Source: an uncultured Candidatus Actinomarina sp.
Lineage (GTDB): Bacteria; Actinomycetota; Acidimicrobiia; Actinomarinales; Actinomarinaceae
Assembly (NCBI GenBank): GCA_902526825.1
Contig: CABZMN010000001.1
Span: 7,819 to 71,818 of the forward strand
DNA: 64,000 bases
Reading direction: 5' to 3'
In this document: in pieces, positions 55,737-64,000 of the stretch
How positions within the stretch are numbered: position 1 is the first letter of the stretch
Layout of the letters: each line of letters begins with the position of its first letter
Made by a program: the position numbers and the translations under genes
Notes under the pieces: generated by a model
The model's input: the letters and a program-made list of their open reading frames with translations, nothing else
Told to the model about the DNA's origin: nothing
The model's database searches: none

Positions 55737-56021
55737 ATGGACTTAGACGGAACAAGTTTTCAACAATTAGTTTGGAAAGAAATATCAAAAATTCCTCATG
55801 GCCAAATAAGATCTTATAAACAAATCGCAATAAATATTGGTCATCCAAATAGTTCAAGAGCAGTGGCAAATGCTTGTGGAAGTAATCCCAATCCTATAAC
55901 CATTCCTTGTCATAGAGTTATTAGATCTGACGGCAAGATAGGTGGATATAGTGGTCCCGGAGGAATTAATAAAAAAATAGAACTTCTAGAAAAAGAAAAT
56001 ATCATCTTAAAAGAAAATTAA
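55737..56021 (+). CDS. ogt: Methylated-DNA-protein-cysteine methyltransferase, C-terminal domain only
   Basis: FQQLVWKEISKIPHGQIRSYKQIA...IPCHRVI (active-site PCHRV). Confidence 0.85.
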   Translation: MDLDGTSFQQLVWKEISKIPHGQIRSYKQIAINIGHPNSSRAVANACGSNPNPITIPCHRVIRSDGKIGGYSGPGGINKKIELLEKENIILKEN

Positions 56022-56022
56022 G

Positions 56023-56097
56023 TGGGCCTAGTTAGATTTGAACTAACGACCTCATCCTTATCAGGGATGCGCTCTAACCAGGCTGAGCTATAGGCCC
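56023..56097 (-). tRNA. tRNA-Ile (GAU)
   Basis: The reverse complement folds as GGGCCTA/TAGGCCC acceptor, anticodon loop CTGATAA and T-loop GTTAGTTCAAATCTAAC. Confidence 0.92.
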
Positions 56098-56186
56098 TTT
56101 CGCTCTATCCACATTAGTAATGAATATGAAATATTTCTAAAATTTTTTCATTTACGAGCAAATTAAGGGCATAATATATGTTGCGA

Positions 56187-56259
56187 GGGGATGTAGCTCA
56201 GCTGGAAGAGCACCTGCTTTGCAAGCAGGGGGTCGTGGGTTCAAGTCCCATCATCTCCA
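56187..56259 (+). tRNA. tRNA-Ala (UGC)
   Basis: GGGGATG/CATCTCC acceptor with the G3:U70 identity pair. Anticodon loop TTTGCAA and T-loop GTGGGTTCAAGTCCCAT. Confidence 0.92.
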
Positions 56260-56279
56260 CAATAGGGTAACCTTATATT

Positions 56280-56465
56280 ATGGATAGAAAAGACTTTGAA
56301 AACTTATCTGAAAGTGAATTAAGACAATTAAAAGAATCTATAGATGATGTACTTGAAGAAAAAAGATATAAGGAGTCTTACCTAAAAACTAATCCTAAAG
56401 GTGTAGCAATTGCATGGGTTATTGTTGCGGTAATAATATCTGTGTATAGATATTTAACAATCTAA
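56280..56465 (+). CDS. Small tail-anchored membrane protein
   Basis: 61 aa with an acidic helical N-terminus and one C-terminal TM helix (VAIAWVIVAVIISVY). Confidence 0.45.
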   Translation: MDRKDFENLSESELRQLKESIDDVLEEKRYKESYLKTNPKGVAIAWVIVAVIISVYRYLTI

Positions 56466-56698
56466 TGGAATATTTAATAGCATTTTTTATTGGTGTTGTA
56501 ATATTTCGTTTTTTAAAAAATTCTATTGGATCATTAGCTAGTGTGCCTCCTGAAATTGACCCCACAGATGTTTTAGAAACATCTCAGTCATTTTTATGCA
56601 AAGCATGCGGAACAGAGTTAACAGTTAAATTACAATCTGTTGTTGCTAATGAACCACCAAAACACTGTAAAGAAGAAATGACCCCCTTAGAAAATTGA
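56465..56698 (+). CDS. Small membrane protein with a Cys-containing soluble domain
   Basis: 77 aa with an N-terminal TM helix, then CKACG...HC (possible zinc-ribbon-like). The start overlaps the previous stop. Confidence 0.45.
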   Translation: MEYLIAFFIGVVIFRFLKNSIGSLASVPPEIDPTDVLETSQSFLCKACGTELTVKLQSVVANEPPKHCKEEMTPLEN

Positions 56699-56755
56699 CT
56701 TTTTAAAGAAATAATCAAATAAATAAATTAAAAATAAAGAGAGCTTAACAATTAT

Positions 56756-57016
56756 TTAATTATATTTTGTTGTCATAAGAAAACCTACACCAATACAACC
56801 TAGACCACTCCATAAATACCAATTAGATACTGAACCAGGTAAAAGTGTGAGATAATTTAGCACTATAAGTAAAACTCCAATAATCATCAAACAAGACATT
56901 GTTAATACAAACCATCTTGGTGATGGACCACTAACATCTGACATTTGTGCGGATATCTTTTTAGACTTAGTGGGTCCACTATTCTTATTTGTATTTCTTT
57001 TCTTTGAGACAGGCAT
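56756..57016 (-). CDS. crgA: Cell division protein CrgA
   Basis: Basic N-terminus, SPRWFVLTM, two TM helices and NWYLWSGLGCIGVGFLMTTKY. This is the actinobacterial CrgA pattern and the syntenic position. Confidence 0.85.
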   Translation of the reverse strand: MPVSKKRNTNKNSGPTKSKKISAQMSDVSGPSPRWFVLTMSCLMIIGVLLIVLNYLTLLPGSVSNWYLWSGLGCIGVGFLMTTKYN

Positions 57017-57034
57017 ATTTAAAAAATACTATTG

Positions 57035-57865
57035 CTAAGAGCTAATTTCAATCAATTTCTTATTCTTTATATTTACCATTCCCTCATTTGCAAGTTTTTT
57101 GATGATTGGTTTAATTTTTGAGCCTTCTATTTCTAAAGTTTTGTTTAACGTAGAAATTTCTACATTTTCATTACTTATTAAATACTTAATTATTTTTCCA
57201 CGAATTTCTCTATCAGAACCTTTAAAAGCTTGCTGAGTTTGTTTTTTATATTGAATAAATTTTTGACAATTTGACTCGAGTACACACTCATTACATAATG
57301 GTTTTTGTGAAGTACAAACTTTAGCACCAAAATCCATTAAAGCCTGATTAAACTTTCTGGAATGTACATTTTTCAATATATTTTTTTCATTTTTCAAAAT
57401 AAATTTCTCTGGATTCTCCACTCCAAAAAATCTAGTAAATATTCGTAGAACATTAGTGTCTTTTGTTATAACTTTCTCATCATATGCAAAAGATAGGAGT
57501 GCATCTTTTGTATATGGTCCTACTCCAGGAAGTATTTCGAAATGTGGATAAATTGTATCAAAAGATCTCTTAGCTAGAATTTTTGATGATTCAAACATTC
57601 TTACTGCCCTGCTGTTGTATCCTAGACCTGACCACATTTCTAAAATCTCTCTTTTTGTAGATTTAGACATATCAATAGGATTAGGAAATTTTTTTATAAA
57701 TTTTTTATAGTATTGGTCAGCCCTGTCAAGTTGTGTTTGTTGAGCAATGATTTCTATCAAATAAATTTTCCATGGGTCTTTTGTATTTCGCCAAGAATAT
57801 TTTCTTGTATTATCTTTTGACCATTTTAATAACTGATTTTTAAATTCTTTTTCCCTATTCATCAA
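57035..57865 (-). CDS. MutY/Nth-family HhH-GPD DNA glycosylase with a 4Fe-4S loop and a C-terminal wHTH-like tail
   Basis: IEIIAQQTQL, WSGLGYNSRA, LPGVGPYTKDA, KDTNVLRI and the C-x7-C-x2-C-x5-C cluster (CTSQKPLCNECVLESNC). Confidence 0.8.
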   Translation of the reverse strand: MMNREKEFKNQLLKWSKDNTRKYSWRNTKDPWKIYLIEIIAQQTQLDRADQYYKKFIKKFPNPIDMSKSTKREILEMWSGLGYNSRAVRMFESSKILAKRSFDTIYPHFEILPGVGPYTKDALLSFAYDEKVITKDTNVLRIFTRFFGVENPEKFILKNEKNILKNVHSRKFNQALMDFGAKVCTSQKPLCNECVLESNCQKFIQYKKQTQQAFKGSDREIRGKIIKYLISNENVEISTLNKTLEIEGSKIKPIIKKLANEGMVNIKNKKLIEISS

Positions 57866-59624
57866 AAGTTAACTCGATAACTCCTTCAGGTTCAATAAAT
57901 TCACCTTTTCTTGGAATTTGTTTTCTAACTATTCCGTTTGTATCTCCATTTACCGTTGCTACAAGACCAAATTCTTCCAATTTATCGATTGCATCTTGAT
58001 AGTTTAGGCCTTCTACTTCTGGCACCTCTATAGCAATTCCGAGTGAGTAAATAATAGTTATTATTTCATCAGGTGTAACAATTTCCCCTGCTTCTGGTAA
58101 TGTGCCTGATATTAAACCTTCTTCTATATCCTCAGAGAATTCTTCGATAATTTCATATTGTAAACCCAATGTTTCAAGAATTTGAGAACCGTCCTCAAGA
58201 GATTTTCTAGAAAGATCACCTAGTTCAATTAAACTTGGTCCAGCAGAGATTACGAGATCAACACTAGATCCAGGCCCCATCTTTTTTCCAGCTATAGGGT
58301 TTTGTGAAATTATAAATCCAATTGGTACACTGTCATCATTGACTTCTATTTTTTGACCAATTACGAAACCACTCTCTTCAATTACATAGATTGCTCTATC
58401 TGTTTCCAAATCAATAACATATGGGATTGGGTATGCTTCGGGACCTACTGAAACAATAATTGTTACTAATGTGTCAGGACCAGCAGGTGTATTTGCTACT
58501 GGTTGTGTTCTTATAACTGAACCTTCTGGAACGTTTGGATGTGCCGAGTTTTCAATTCCAACTTTAAAACCTAAATTTTGAAGATCGTTGAGTGCCTCAG
58601 TCTGGCTGCTTCCTGTAAGATCTGGTATTTCAATAATTATTTGTGTTTCTCCATCTACAGGAAGCCCATCAAAGATTCTTGTTAAAGTCCATATTGTCCC
58701 TATGACAATAGAAAGTGATATTGCAAGTACCGGAAGTGTAAATCTATATTTTACTTTTGGGTTAGTCAGTCCAACAAGATTTTCTTGCGTCTGTATAGAT
58801 TGCAGTTGATTTTTTTGTTGAAGTAGTAAAGCTCTTAAATCTTCGGCATTTTTAAATCGATCTTTTGGATACTTATGTAATAATTTCAAAATAGCATTTT
58901 CAACTCCTTTTGGAATATTTTGTCTATAACTACTTAACTTTTCGGGTTTGTCTGTAATATGTTTTGTTGCTGTTGCAATAGGAGTTTCACCTTCAAATGG
59001 CGGTCTTCCTGTGATTAGTTCATATAGTACAGTCCCTAAAGAATATAGATCTGACTCTTTGGAGACAGGTTTACCTTGAGCCTGCTCAGGAGAAATGTAG
59101 CTAGCTGTTCCAAGGATTGATCCAGTTTTTGTAATGTCACTTTCGTCATTTTGCAAAGAAACAATACCAAAATCTGTGACTTTAACTTTTCCCTGTGGGG
59201 TGATCATTATATTACCTGGTTTTATATCACGATGAACAAGCCCTTGTGAGTGGGCAGCTTGAAGACCACTTGAAACTTGCGCCCCAATAAACAAAATATC
59301 ACTAATACTCAATGTTTTCTTTTTTGAAATTATCGATGTCAAAGTACTACCTTCAATATATTCCATAACAAAGAATGGCTCATCCCCAATTCCCCAATCA
59401 AAAATTTGAACAATATTTGGATGATTCAAGTTTGCAGCAGTTTGAGCTTCTCTTTTAAATCTCTCAACAAATTTTTCCTGTTCAACATAAACAGGTTTCA
59501 AAGTTTTAATTGCAACAGTCCTTTGAAGCTGTTTATCTACAGCCTTGTAAACAAAAGACATACCTCCTTCACCAAGAAGTTGGGTTATCTCATATCTCTC
59601 TTTTATTATTTGACCTATTTCCAT
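57855..59624 (-). CDS. pknB: Ser/Thr protein kinase with extracellular PASTA repeats
   Basis: GEGGMSFVYKA, VAIKTL, HRDIKPGNIM, DFG and SPEQA. One TM helix is followed by PASTA-like repeats. Confidence 0.92.
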   Translation of the reverse strand: MEIGQIIKERYEITQLLGEGGMSFVYKAVDKQLQRTVAIKTLKPVYVEQEKFVERFKREAQTAANLNHPNIVQIFDWGIGDEPFFVMEYIEGSTLTSIISKKKTLSISDILFIGAQVSSGLQAAHSQGLVHRDIKPGNIMITPQGKVKVTDFGIVSLQNDESDITKTGSILGTASYISPEQAQGKPVSKESDLYSLGTVLYELITGRPPFEGETPIATATKHITDKPEKLSSYRQNIPKGVENAILKLLHKYPKDRFKNAEDLRALLLQQKNQLQSIQTQENLVGLTNPKVKYRFTLPVLAISLSIVIGTIWTLTRIFDGLPVDGETQIIIEIPDLTGSSQTEALNDLQNLGFKVGIENSAHPNVPEGSVIRTQPVANTPAGPDTLVTIIVSVGPEAYPIPYVIDLETDRAIYVIEESGFVIGQKIEVNDDSVPIGFIISQNPIAGKKMGPGSSVDLVISAGPSLIELGDLSRKSLEDGSQILETLGLQYEIIEEFSEDIEEGLISGTLPEAGEIVTPDEIITIIYSLGIAIEVPEVEGLNYQDAIDKLEEFGLVATVNGDTNGIVRKQIPRKGEFIEPEGVIELTFDE

Positions 59625-59627
59625 GAT

Positions 59628-60281
59628 TTAAATTAAATTGACAACAATAGCTGATACATTATCTTTTGGATTTAATAATAAAACTTCACTTACTAATGAT
59701 TCAGCACTTATTCCGTCTCGCATTTTCTTCTTAATATATTCATCGCTTATTTCATTGTAAAGACCATCACTACAAAGTAAGACTACATCACCAATCTGTA
59801 GTTGAAAATCTACTTCATGTATTTTTAATTTTTCATTTGAGCCAAGCGCTTGTTTTAAAACATTCTGATAACCAGGCACATTATCATCTTCTGTAATTTT
59901 TATCAGATTTCTGTCTGAAAGTACGTAACATCTACTATCACCCACATGTCCAATTTTCATTAAAGCATCTGAGCCAATGGTTATTGCTGTCATAGTTGTA
60001 CCCATCCCTTTTGTTTTTGGGTTCTGGTTTTGATATTCAATAATCTCATCATTTGCAGAATTAATCAGTGAGTTCAGATCCGTAAAGCTTTTAAGCAAAC
60101 TATCTACAGCAATTTTACTTGCTATATCCCCACTTGTATGACCCCCAAGGCCATCACAAACTGCAGCTCGAAATGGAGGATTGTCACTTCCTGATAAAGG
60201 TGGAAAAATAGAGTCTTCGTTTTTATCCCTACTAGGGCCACACTCAGTACTTGATGACCAAACAATTTTGAAATTTTTCAT
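59628..60281 (-). CDS. pstP: PP2C-family Ser/Thr phosphatase, catalytic domain only
   Basis: NEDS, VCDGLGGH, GMGTT, GDSR and CSDGL, with the C-terminal DN at NPKDNVSAIVV. There is no TM or extracellular segment. Confidence 0.88.
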   Translation of the reverse strand: MKNFKIVWSSSTECGPSRDKNEDSIFPPLSGSDNPPFRAAVCDGLGGHTSGDIASKIAVDSLLKSFTDLNSLINSANDEIIEYQNQNPKTKGMGTTMTAITIGSDALMKIGHVGDSRCYVLSDRNLIKITEDDNVPGYQNVLKQALGSNEKLKIHEVDFQLQIGDVVLLCSDGLYNEISDEYIKKKMRDGISAESLVSEVLLLNPKDNVSAIVVNLI

Positions 60282-60364
60282 TCATTAATAATCTTAGTTG
60301 TGAAATGTAATTGTATTTCTAGACTATATAAAGAACTTAAAATTAAGCAAACATTGAGAAATCT

Positions 60365-61342
60365 ATGAATTTTTTACGCTATATTCTTGTGATATTAATT
60401 AGCATAATTATTGGTTTTTTTTCATATGAAATTTATGAGAATTATAAAGAATCTGAAGAGCTGAATATATTCCTGGAAGAAGCTTCAATTATATCCTCTC
60501 TTCATAAAGAATCATCTAGGGATTATGCAAGACTAATAAATTTTGATGAACTCAATAGAGATGATTTTGAATCAACCTTCATAGAAATAATTAGAAAGGC
60601 ACAAGAAGCAAATAATATTCTATTAAACTCCGAGAGTTCATACTTAGGAAGTGAAAGAGAATTATTAGAAATTGCAACTAGTTCTTGGTTAAAGGGACTA
60701 GAAACATTTCAAGTATCAATTCTTAACCTAGTTGATCAAGAGTTAACACAGCTTATTGAGGAATCAATAGCTGGTAGCATCTCTAACCTATCTGTTGGAG
60801 ATAAAGCATACAGTAATTTTCTATCCGAGATTCAAATAAAATCTGCAGATGAGAATGTATTCCTTCCTGTTTTTTCTGAAATTGAATACACAGGAATTGA
60901 ATCAAATGCATATGAATTTGCAGAAGTAATTGTTGATAGAGCAACCAAAAATAAGAGTGGACTTTTTCTTAGGAGAGATATATCTGTAAGCGGTGTTGAG
61001 TTTGTTCCGGAATCTATTGCAATTACTGAAGATGGACATAGAGTCTTATTGGATCAAGATATTTCATTACAAATCGTTATTGCAAATGAAGGAAATATTG
61101 AAGAAACCGAAGTTCTAATTTTAATTTTAGTAACTAATGAAACTGGAGACACAATCTTTGAAAAAAGAACAAAAATAAATACAATCGGACCATTTCAGAG
61201 TAAAAGTTACTACCTTGAACCATTAGAAATTGAAAAAGGAAATTTACATGAATGGTTTATACTTGTCGAAGAAATAGAAAACGAAGATGATGTTAGAGAC
61301 AACATATACACAGTTAAAGCTTTCATACCACCTGAGGATTAA
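60365..61342 (+). CDS. N-terminally anchored extracytoplasmic protein with a CARDB-like beta-sandwich C-terminus
   Basis: TM helix ILVILISIIIGFF. The C-terminal ISLQIVIANEGNIEETEVLILILV...IENEDDVRDNIY resembles CARDB repeats. Confidence 0.5.
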   Translation: MNFLRYILVILISIIIGFFSYEIYENYKESEELNIFLEEASIISSLHKESSRDYARLINFDELNRDDFESTFIEIIRKAQEANNILLNSESSYLGSERELLEIATSSWLKGLETFQVSILNLVDQELTQLIEESIAGSISNLSVGDKAYSNFLSEIQIKSADENVFLPVFSEIEYTGIESNAYEFAEVIVDRATKNKSGLFLRRDISVSGVEFVPESIAITEDGHRVLLDQDISLQIVIANEGNIEETEVLILILVTNETGDTIFEKRTKINTIGPFQSKSYYLEPLEIEKGNLHEWFILVEEIENEDDVRDNIYTVKAFIPPED

Positions 61343-61345
61343 GAA

Positions 61346-62596
61346 ATGATTGATCCACAACTTTTAAAAACTGATCTTGAAACCATTCAGACTAATCTCA
61401 AAAAACGAGACTTAAATATAGATTTACAAAATTTGAAAAAACTGGATGAGGATCGTAGAGAATCAAAATTTGAATCTGAAAGACTTAGATCTGAGCAAAA
61501 AAAGTTGGGAAAAGAGATTGCTATATCAGGTGGAGATGAAAAAGCCGAATTATTAAAAAAAGCAGAAAAACTTAGTCAACAAGTCAAAAAGCTAACAGAA
61601 GAAACGCAGAAAAAAGAAGAAGATTTTCTAAACGAGTGGATTAAAATTCCAAATATTGTCAACCCCTCATCTCCTGTTGGAAAAACAGATACCGACAATA
61701 AAGAAATAAAGAAAGTAGGAAAGCCTAAAGATATGAAAAATCCATTATCGCATTTAGATATTGGAGAAAAATTAGGTTTAATTGATGTAGAAAAAGCCTC
61801 AAGTGTTTCAGGCTCTAGATTTTCATACTTATTTGGAGATTTGGTGAAAATGCAATTTAATCTTGTTTCTTATGCGATGAATAAATTGTCTGAAAAAGGA
61901 TTCAATCCAACAATTCCACCAGTTTTGGTTAGAGAAAATGCTCTTTTTGGAACTGGATTTTTTCCTGATGATTCAGATCAAGTATATGAGATTCCAAATG
62001 ATGACCTATTTCTAGTTGGTACATCAGAAGTATCACTTGCTGCTTTACACGGTAATGAAATTCTTGATTTTGACAAACTACCTATCAGATATGCAGGATA
62101 TTCAACTTGCTTTAGGAGAGAAGCTGGAACTTATGGCAAAGACACAACAGGAATATTTAGGGTACATCAATTTGATAAAGTAGAAATGTTTTCTTTTTGT
62201 AGTCCAGAAAAATCAGAAGAAGAACATAAATTTATTCTCTCAGTCGAAGAAGAGATTTTACAAGAGCTAGAAATTCCTTATAGAGTCGTTGATGTTTGCA
62301 CTGGTGATCTAGGTTCGTCTGCTGCTAAAAAATTTGATATCGAAGCATGGATACCAAGCCAAAATACATATAGAGAAGTAACATCATGTTCAAACACGAC
62401 GGATTTTCAAGCTAGAAGATTAAATATTCGAACAAAAGTAGATAAAGATTCAGCTTTACTCCATACATTAAACGGTACAGCTATTGCAGTAGGAAGGATA
62501 CTGATAGCTCTACTTGAGAATAATCAAACCGAAGATGGAGGAGTAGAATTTTCTGATAGCTTGAAGAATATTTTAGGGGTTGAAAAGTTAAGCTAA
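61346..62596 (+). CDS. serS: Seryl-tRNA synthetase
   Basis: N-terminal coiled-coil arm and class II motifs (FRREAG, FRVHQFDKVEMF, GTAIAVGRILIALLEN). Confidence 0.93.
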   Translation: MIDPQLLKTDLETIQTNLKKRDLNIDLQNLKKLDEDRRESKFESERLRSEQKKLGKEIAISGGDEKAELLKKAEKLSQQVKKLTEETQKKEEDFLNEWIKIPNIVNPSSPVGKTDTDNKEIKKVGKPKDMKNPLSHLDIGEKLGLIDVEKASSVSGSRFSYLFGDLVKMQFNLVSYAMNKLSEKGFNPTIPPVLVRENALFGTGFFPDDSDQVYEIPNDDLFLVGTSEVSLAALHGNEILDFDKLPIRYAGYSTCFRREAGTYGKDTTGIFRVHQFDKVEMFSFCSPEKSEEEHKFILSVEEEILQELEIPYRVVDVCTGDLGSSAAKKFDIEAWIPSQNTYREVTSCSNTTDFQARRLNIRTKVDKDSALLHTLNGTAIAVGRILIALLENNQTEDGGVEFSDSLKNILGVEKLS

Positions 62597-63136
62597 AAGT
62601 AAGCTTGCTATCATACTTAGACCCAAGAATATGTAAACAGTTCTCTCAAGAGTAGAATTTTTTCTGAGCCAATTTTGTAACTTTTCTCCTAAAAGTAACC
62701 AAATTCCAACACAAAATGGAAGAACTGAAAAGTATATTAGTGTCCCTTGTAAGTGGGTTATATTAAATGCTGTTAATCCAGAAATGGCCATTACAACACC
62801 TTTTGGATTTACCCATTGAAACAAACAAGCCTGTATAAATGTAAATGGTTTTTCTATTTTACTTTTATCATTTGATGTTTTGGTTGTGGCAATTTTGTAT
62901 GCGATATAAACTATTACTCCATAGCCAATATATTGAAGGTAAGTAAATACCTCACTAGGAACAAATGTAAGAATGTAACCCCCTACAAAAAATAAAAATG
63001 TAAAACCAAGCCAAATTCCTAAGAAATGAGGAATCGATGGTCGTCTACCAAATTTTATACCTGATGCCATAAGCATTGAATTGTTGGGGCCTGGTGTTAT
63101 GGCAGTTACTGAAGCGAAGATAAAAAACTCAAGCAC
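62588..63136 (-). CDS. LysE/RhtB-family amino-acid exporter
   Basis: N-terminal ITPGPNN motif and six TM segments. Confidence 0.8.
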   Translation of the reverse strand: MLEFFIFASVTAITPGPNNSMLMASGIKFGRRPSIPHFLGIWLGFTFLFFVGGYILTFVPSEVFTYLQYIGYGVIVYIAYKIATTKTSNDKSKIEKPFTFIQACLFQWVNPKGVVMAISGLTAFNITHLQGTLIYFSVLPFCVGIWLLLGEKLQNWLRKNSTLERTVYIFLGLSMIASLLLA

Positions 63137-63179
63137 TTTTCAATATTAATACTAGAGTTTTAGAAACTGAAGTTTAAAG

Positions 63180-63268
63180 CGGAGGGAGTGGGATTCGAAC
63201 CCACGGAGCCTATAAAGACTCACGACATTTCGAGTGTCGCGCACTAGGCCAGACTATGCGATCCCTCC
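63180..63268 (-). tRNA. tRNA-Ser (CGA)
   Basis: Class II tRNA with GGAGGGA/TCCCTCC acceptor, anticodon loop CTCGAAA and a long variable arm. Confidence 0.9.
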
Positions 63269-63286
63269 TAGAATAAGTTTAGGGAT

Positions 63287-63745
63287 ATGAAATATAAATC
63301 TGATATAGAAAAAATGCAAGTAGCTTTAGCAGAGGCAAAGAAAGCACTGGAAATAGATGAAGTACCTATCGGAGCTGCACTTTTTGATAATGATGATAAA
63401 TTAATTACAAAGGCACATAATAGGCGTGAAATTGATCAAGATCCAACAGCACATGCTGAGATATTGGTGATTAAAGAAGCATCCCAGATCTTGAAAACTT
63501 GGAGATTAGAAAACACCACTCTTGCCATTACATTAGAGCCTGATCCCATGTGTGCAGGAGCAATAGTCAACTCAAGAATCAAAACTCTTTTGTACAGCTC
63601 ACCAAATCTAAAATCGGGTGCAGCATACACACTTTACAACATTCCACAAGATAAAAGACTTAATCACTTCGTTGAGATAAGAGATAATATTTTATCCCAT
63701 GAATCTGAAGTTATATTATCCTCTTTCTTTGAAAGTAAGAGGTAA
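63287..63745 (+). CDS. tadA: tRNA-specific adenosine deaminase
   Basis: VPIGAAL, the HAEI zinc/catalytic motif and the PDPMCAGA (PCxxC) motif. Confidence 0.88.
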   Translation: MKYKSDIEKMQVALAEAKKALEIDEVPIGAALFDNDDKLITKAHNRREIDQDPTAHAEILVIKEASQILKTWRLENTTLAITLEPDPMCAGAIVNSRIKTLLYSSPNLKSGAAYTLYNIPQDKRLNHFVEIRDNILSHESEVILSSFFESKR

Positions 63746-63772
63746 TTAAACTAATACTTTAGGTCTTTTCAT

Positions 63773-63861
63773 GGAGGGATCGCATAGTCTGGCCTAGTGC
63801 GCACGCTTGGAAAGCGTGTAAGGGTTTATCCCCTTCGAGGGTTCGAATCCCTCTCCCTCCG
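63773..63861 (+). tRNA. tRNA-Ser (GGA)
   Basis: Class II tRNA with anticodon loop TTGGAAA. Its first 30 nt are identical to those of tRNA-Ser(CGA). Confidence 0.9.
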
Positions 63862-63878
63862 CAAAAAGATTTTAGTTT

Positions 63879-63964
63879 GGAGGGATGGCCGAGCGGACGA
63901 AGGCGTTAGTCTTGAAAACTAATGTATGTATTCCATACCGTGGGTTCGAATCCCACTCCCTCCG
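63879..63964 (+). tRNA. tRNA-Ser (UGA)
   Basis: GGAGGGA/TCCCTCC acceptor, anticodon loop CTTGAAA and a long variable arm. Confidence 0.9.
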
Positions 63965-63971
63965 CAAGCTT

Positions 63972-64000
63972 GGAGAGGTGGCTGAGTGGTCTAAAGCGCT
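63972..64000 (+). tRNA. 5' part of another class II tRNA (Ser or Leu type), truncated by the window edge
   Basis: GGAGAGGTGGCTGAGTGGTCTAAAGCGCT is a typical acceptor plus long D-arm start. The anticodon is not in the window. Confidence 0.6.

Noticed and set aside
24119-56100. A genomic island integrated at tRNA-Ile
   Set aside because: There is no integrase, recombinase or phage gene, and I saw no duplicated tRNA 3' fragment. Composition looks like the flanks by eye. I kept it only as a synteny-break observation.
56106-56114. CTATCCACA, an 8/9 match to the DnaA box, between tRNA-Ile and tRNA-Ala
   Set aside because: It is a single isolated near-match far from dnaA, which is expected by chance in 64 kb on both strands. 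There is no cluster.

Overview
AT-rich bacterial chromosome segment that covers the replication-origin neighbourhood. The gene order is the classic actinobacterial one: parB-parA-rsmG-jag-yidC-yidD-rnpA-rpmH on the minus strand, then dnaA-dnaN-DUF721-gyrB-gyrA-DUF3566 on the plus strand. Further on come tRNA-Ile/tRNA-Ala, crgA, pknB-pstP, serS, tadA and a tRNA-Ser cluster. The low G+C content, short spacers, frequent gene overlaps and several missing textbook genes (recF, trxA, rodA/pbpA/pknA/fhaAB) suggest a genome-streamlined marine actinobacterium such as Ca. Actinomarinales; this lineage call is an inference. I see no transposase, integrase, prophage, CRISPR array or rRNA. Features not on the ORF track: a partial ZnuA gene running off the left edge with Zur-box palindromes, rpmH, a perfect parS site, three riboswitches (a short variant-like cobalamin, TPP, and a SAM-I/IV-like element), six tRNAs (one partial) and a few small membrane ORFs. 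The strongest candidate for an undescribed system is a tight seven-gene operon at 27.45-33.19 kb. It holds a MacB-type ABC transporter (ATPase plus FtsX-type permease) and a membrane-anchored HlyD-like adaptor carrying a peptidoglycan-binding domain. These are bracketed by four paralogous, very acidic lipoproteins, each built from two copies of a ~55-60 aa two-cysteine module (C-[LMVF]-[RN]-[ED]-x-G ... [PS]-[DE]-P ... C) that I cannot assign to any named family. Secondary items are a Lys/Pro/Ala tandem-repeat N-terminal extension on GyrA, a doubly anchored orphan BtuF behind the cobalamin riboswitch, an Rph/PpsA-like phosphotransferase paired with a small membrane protein, and a DUF3445/deoxyribosyltransferase-like gene pair. 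All family assignments come from motif recognition by eye; no searches were run.
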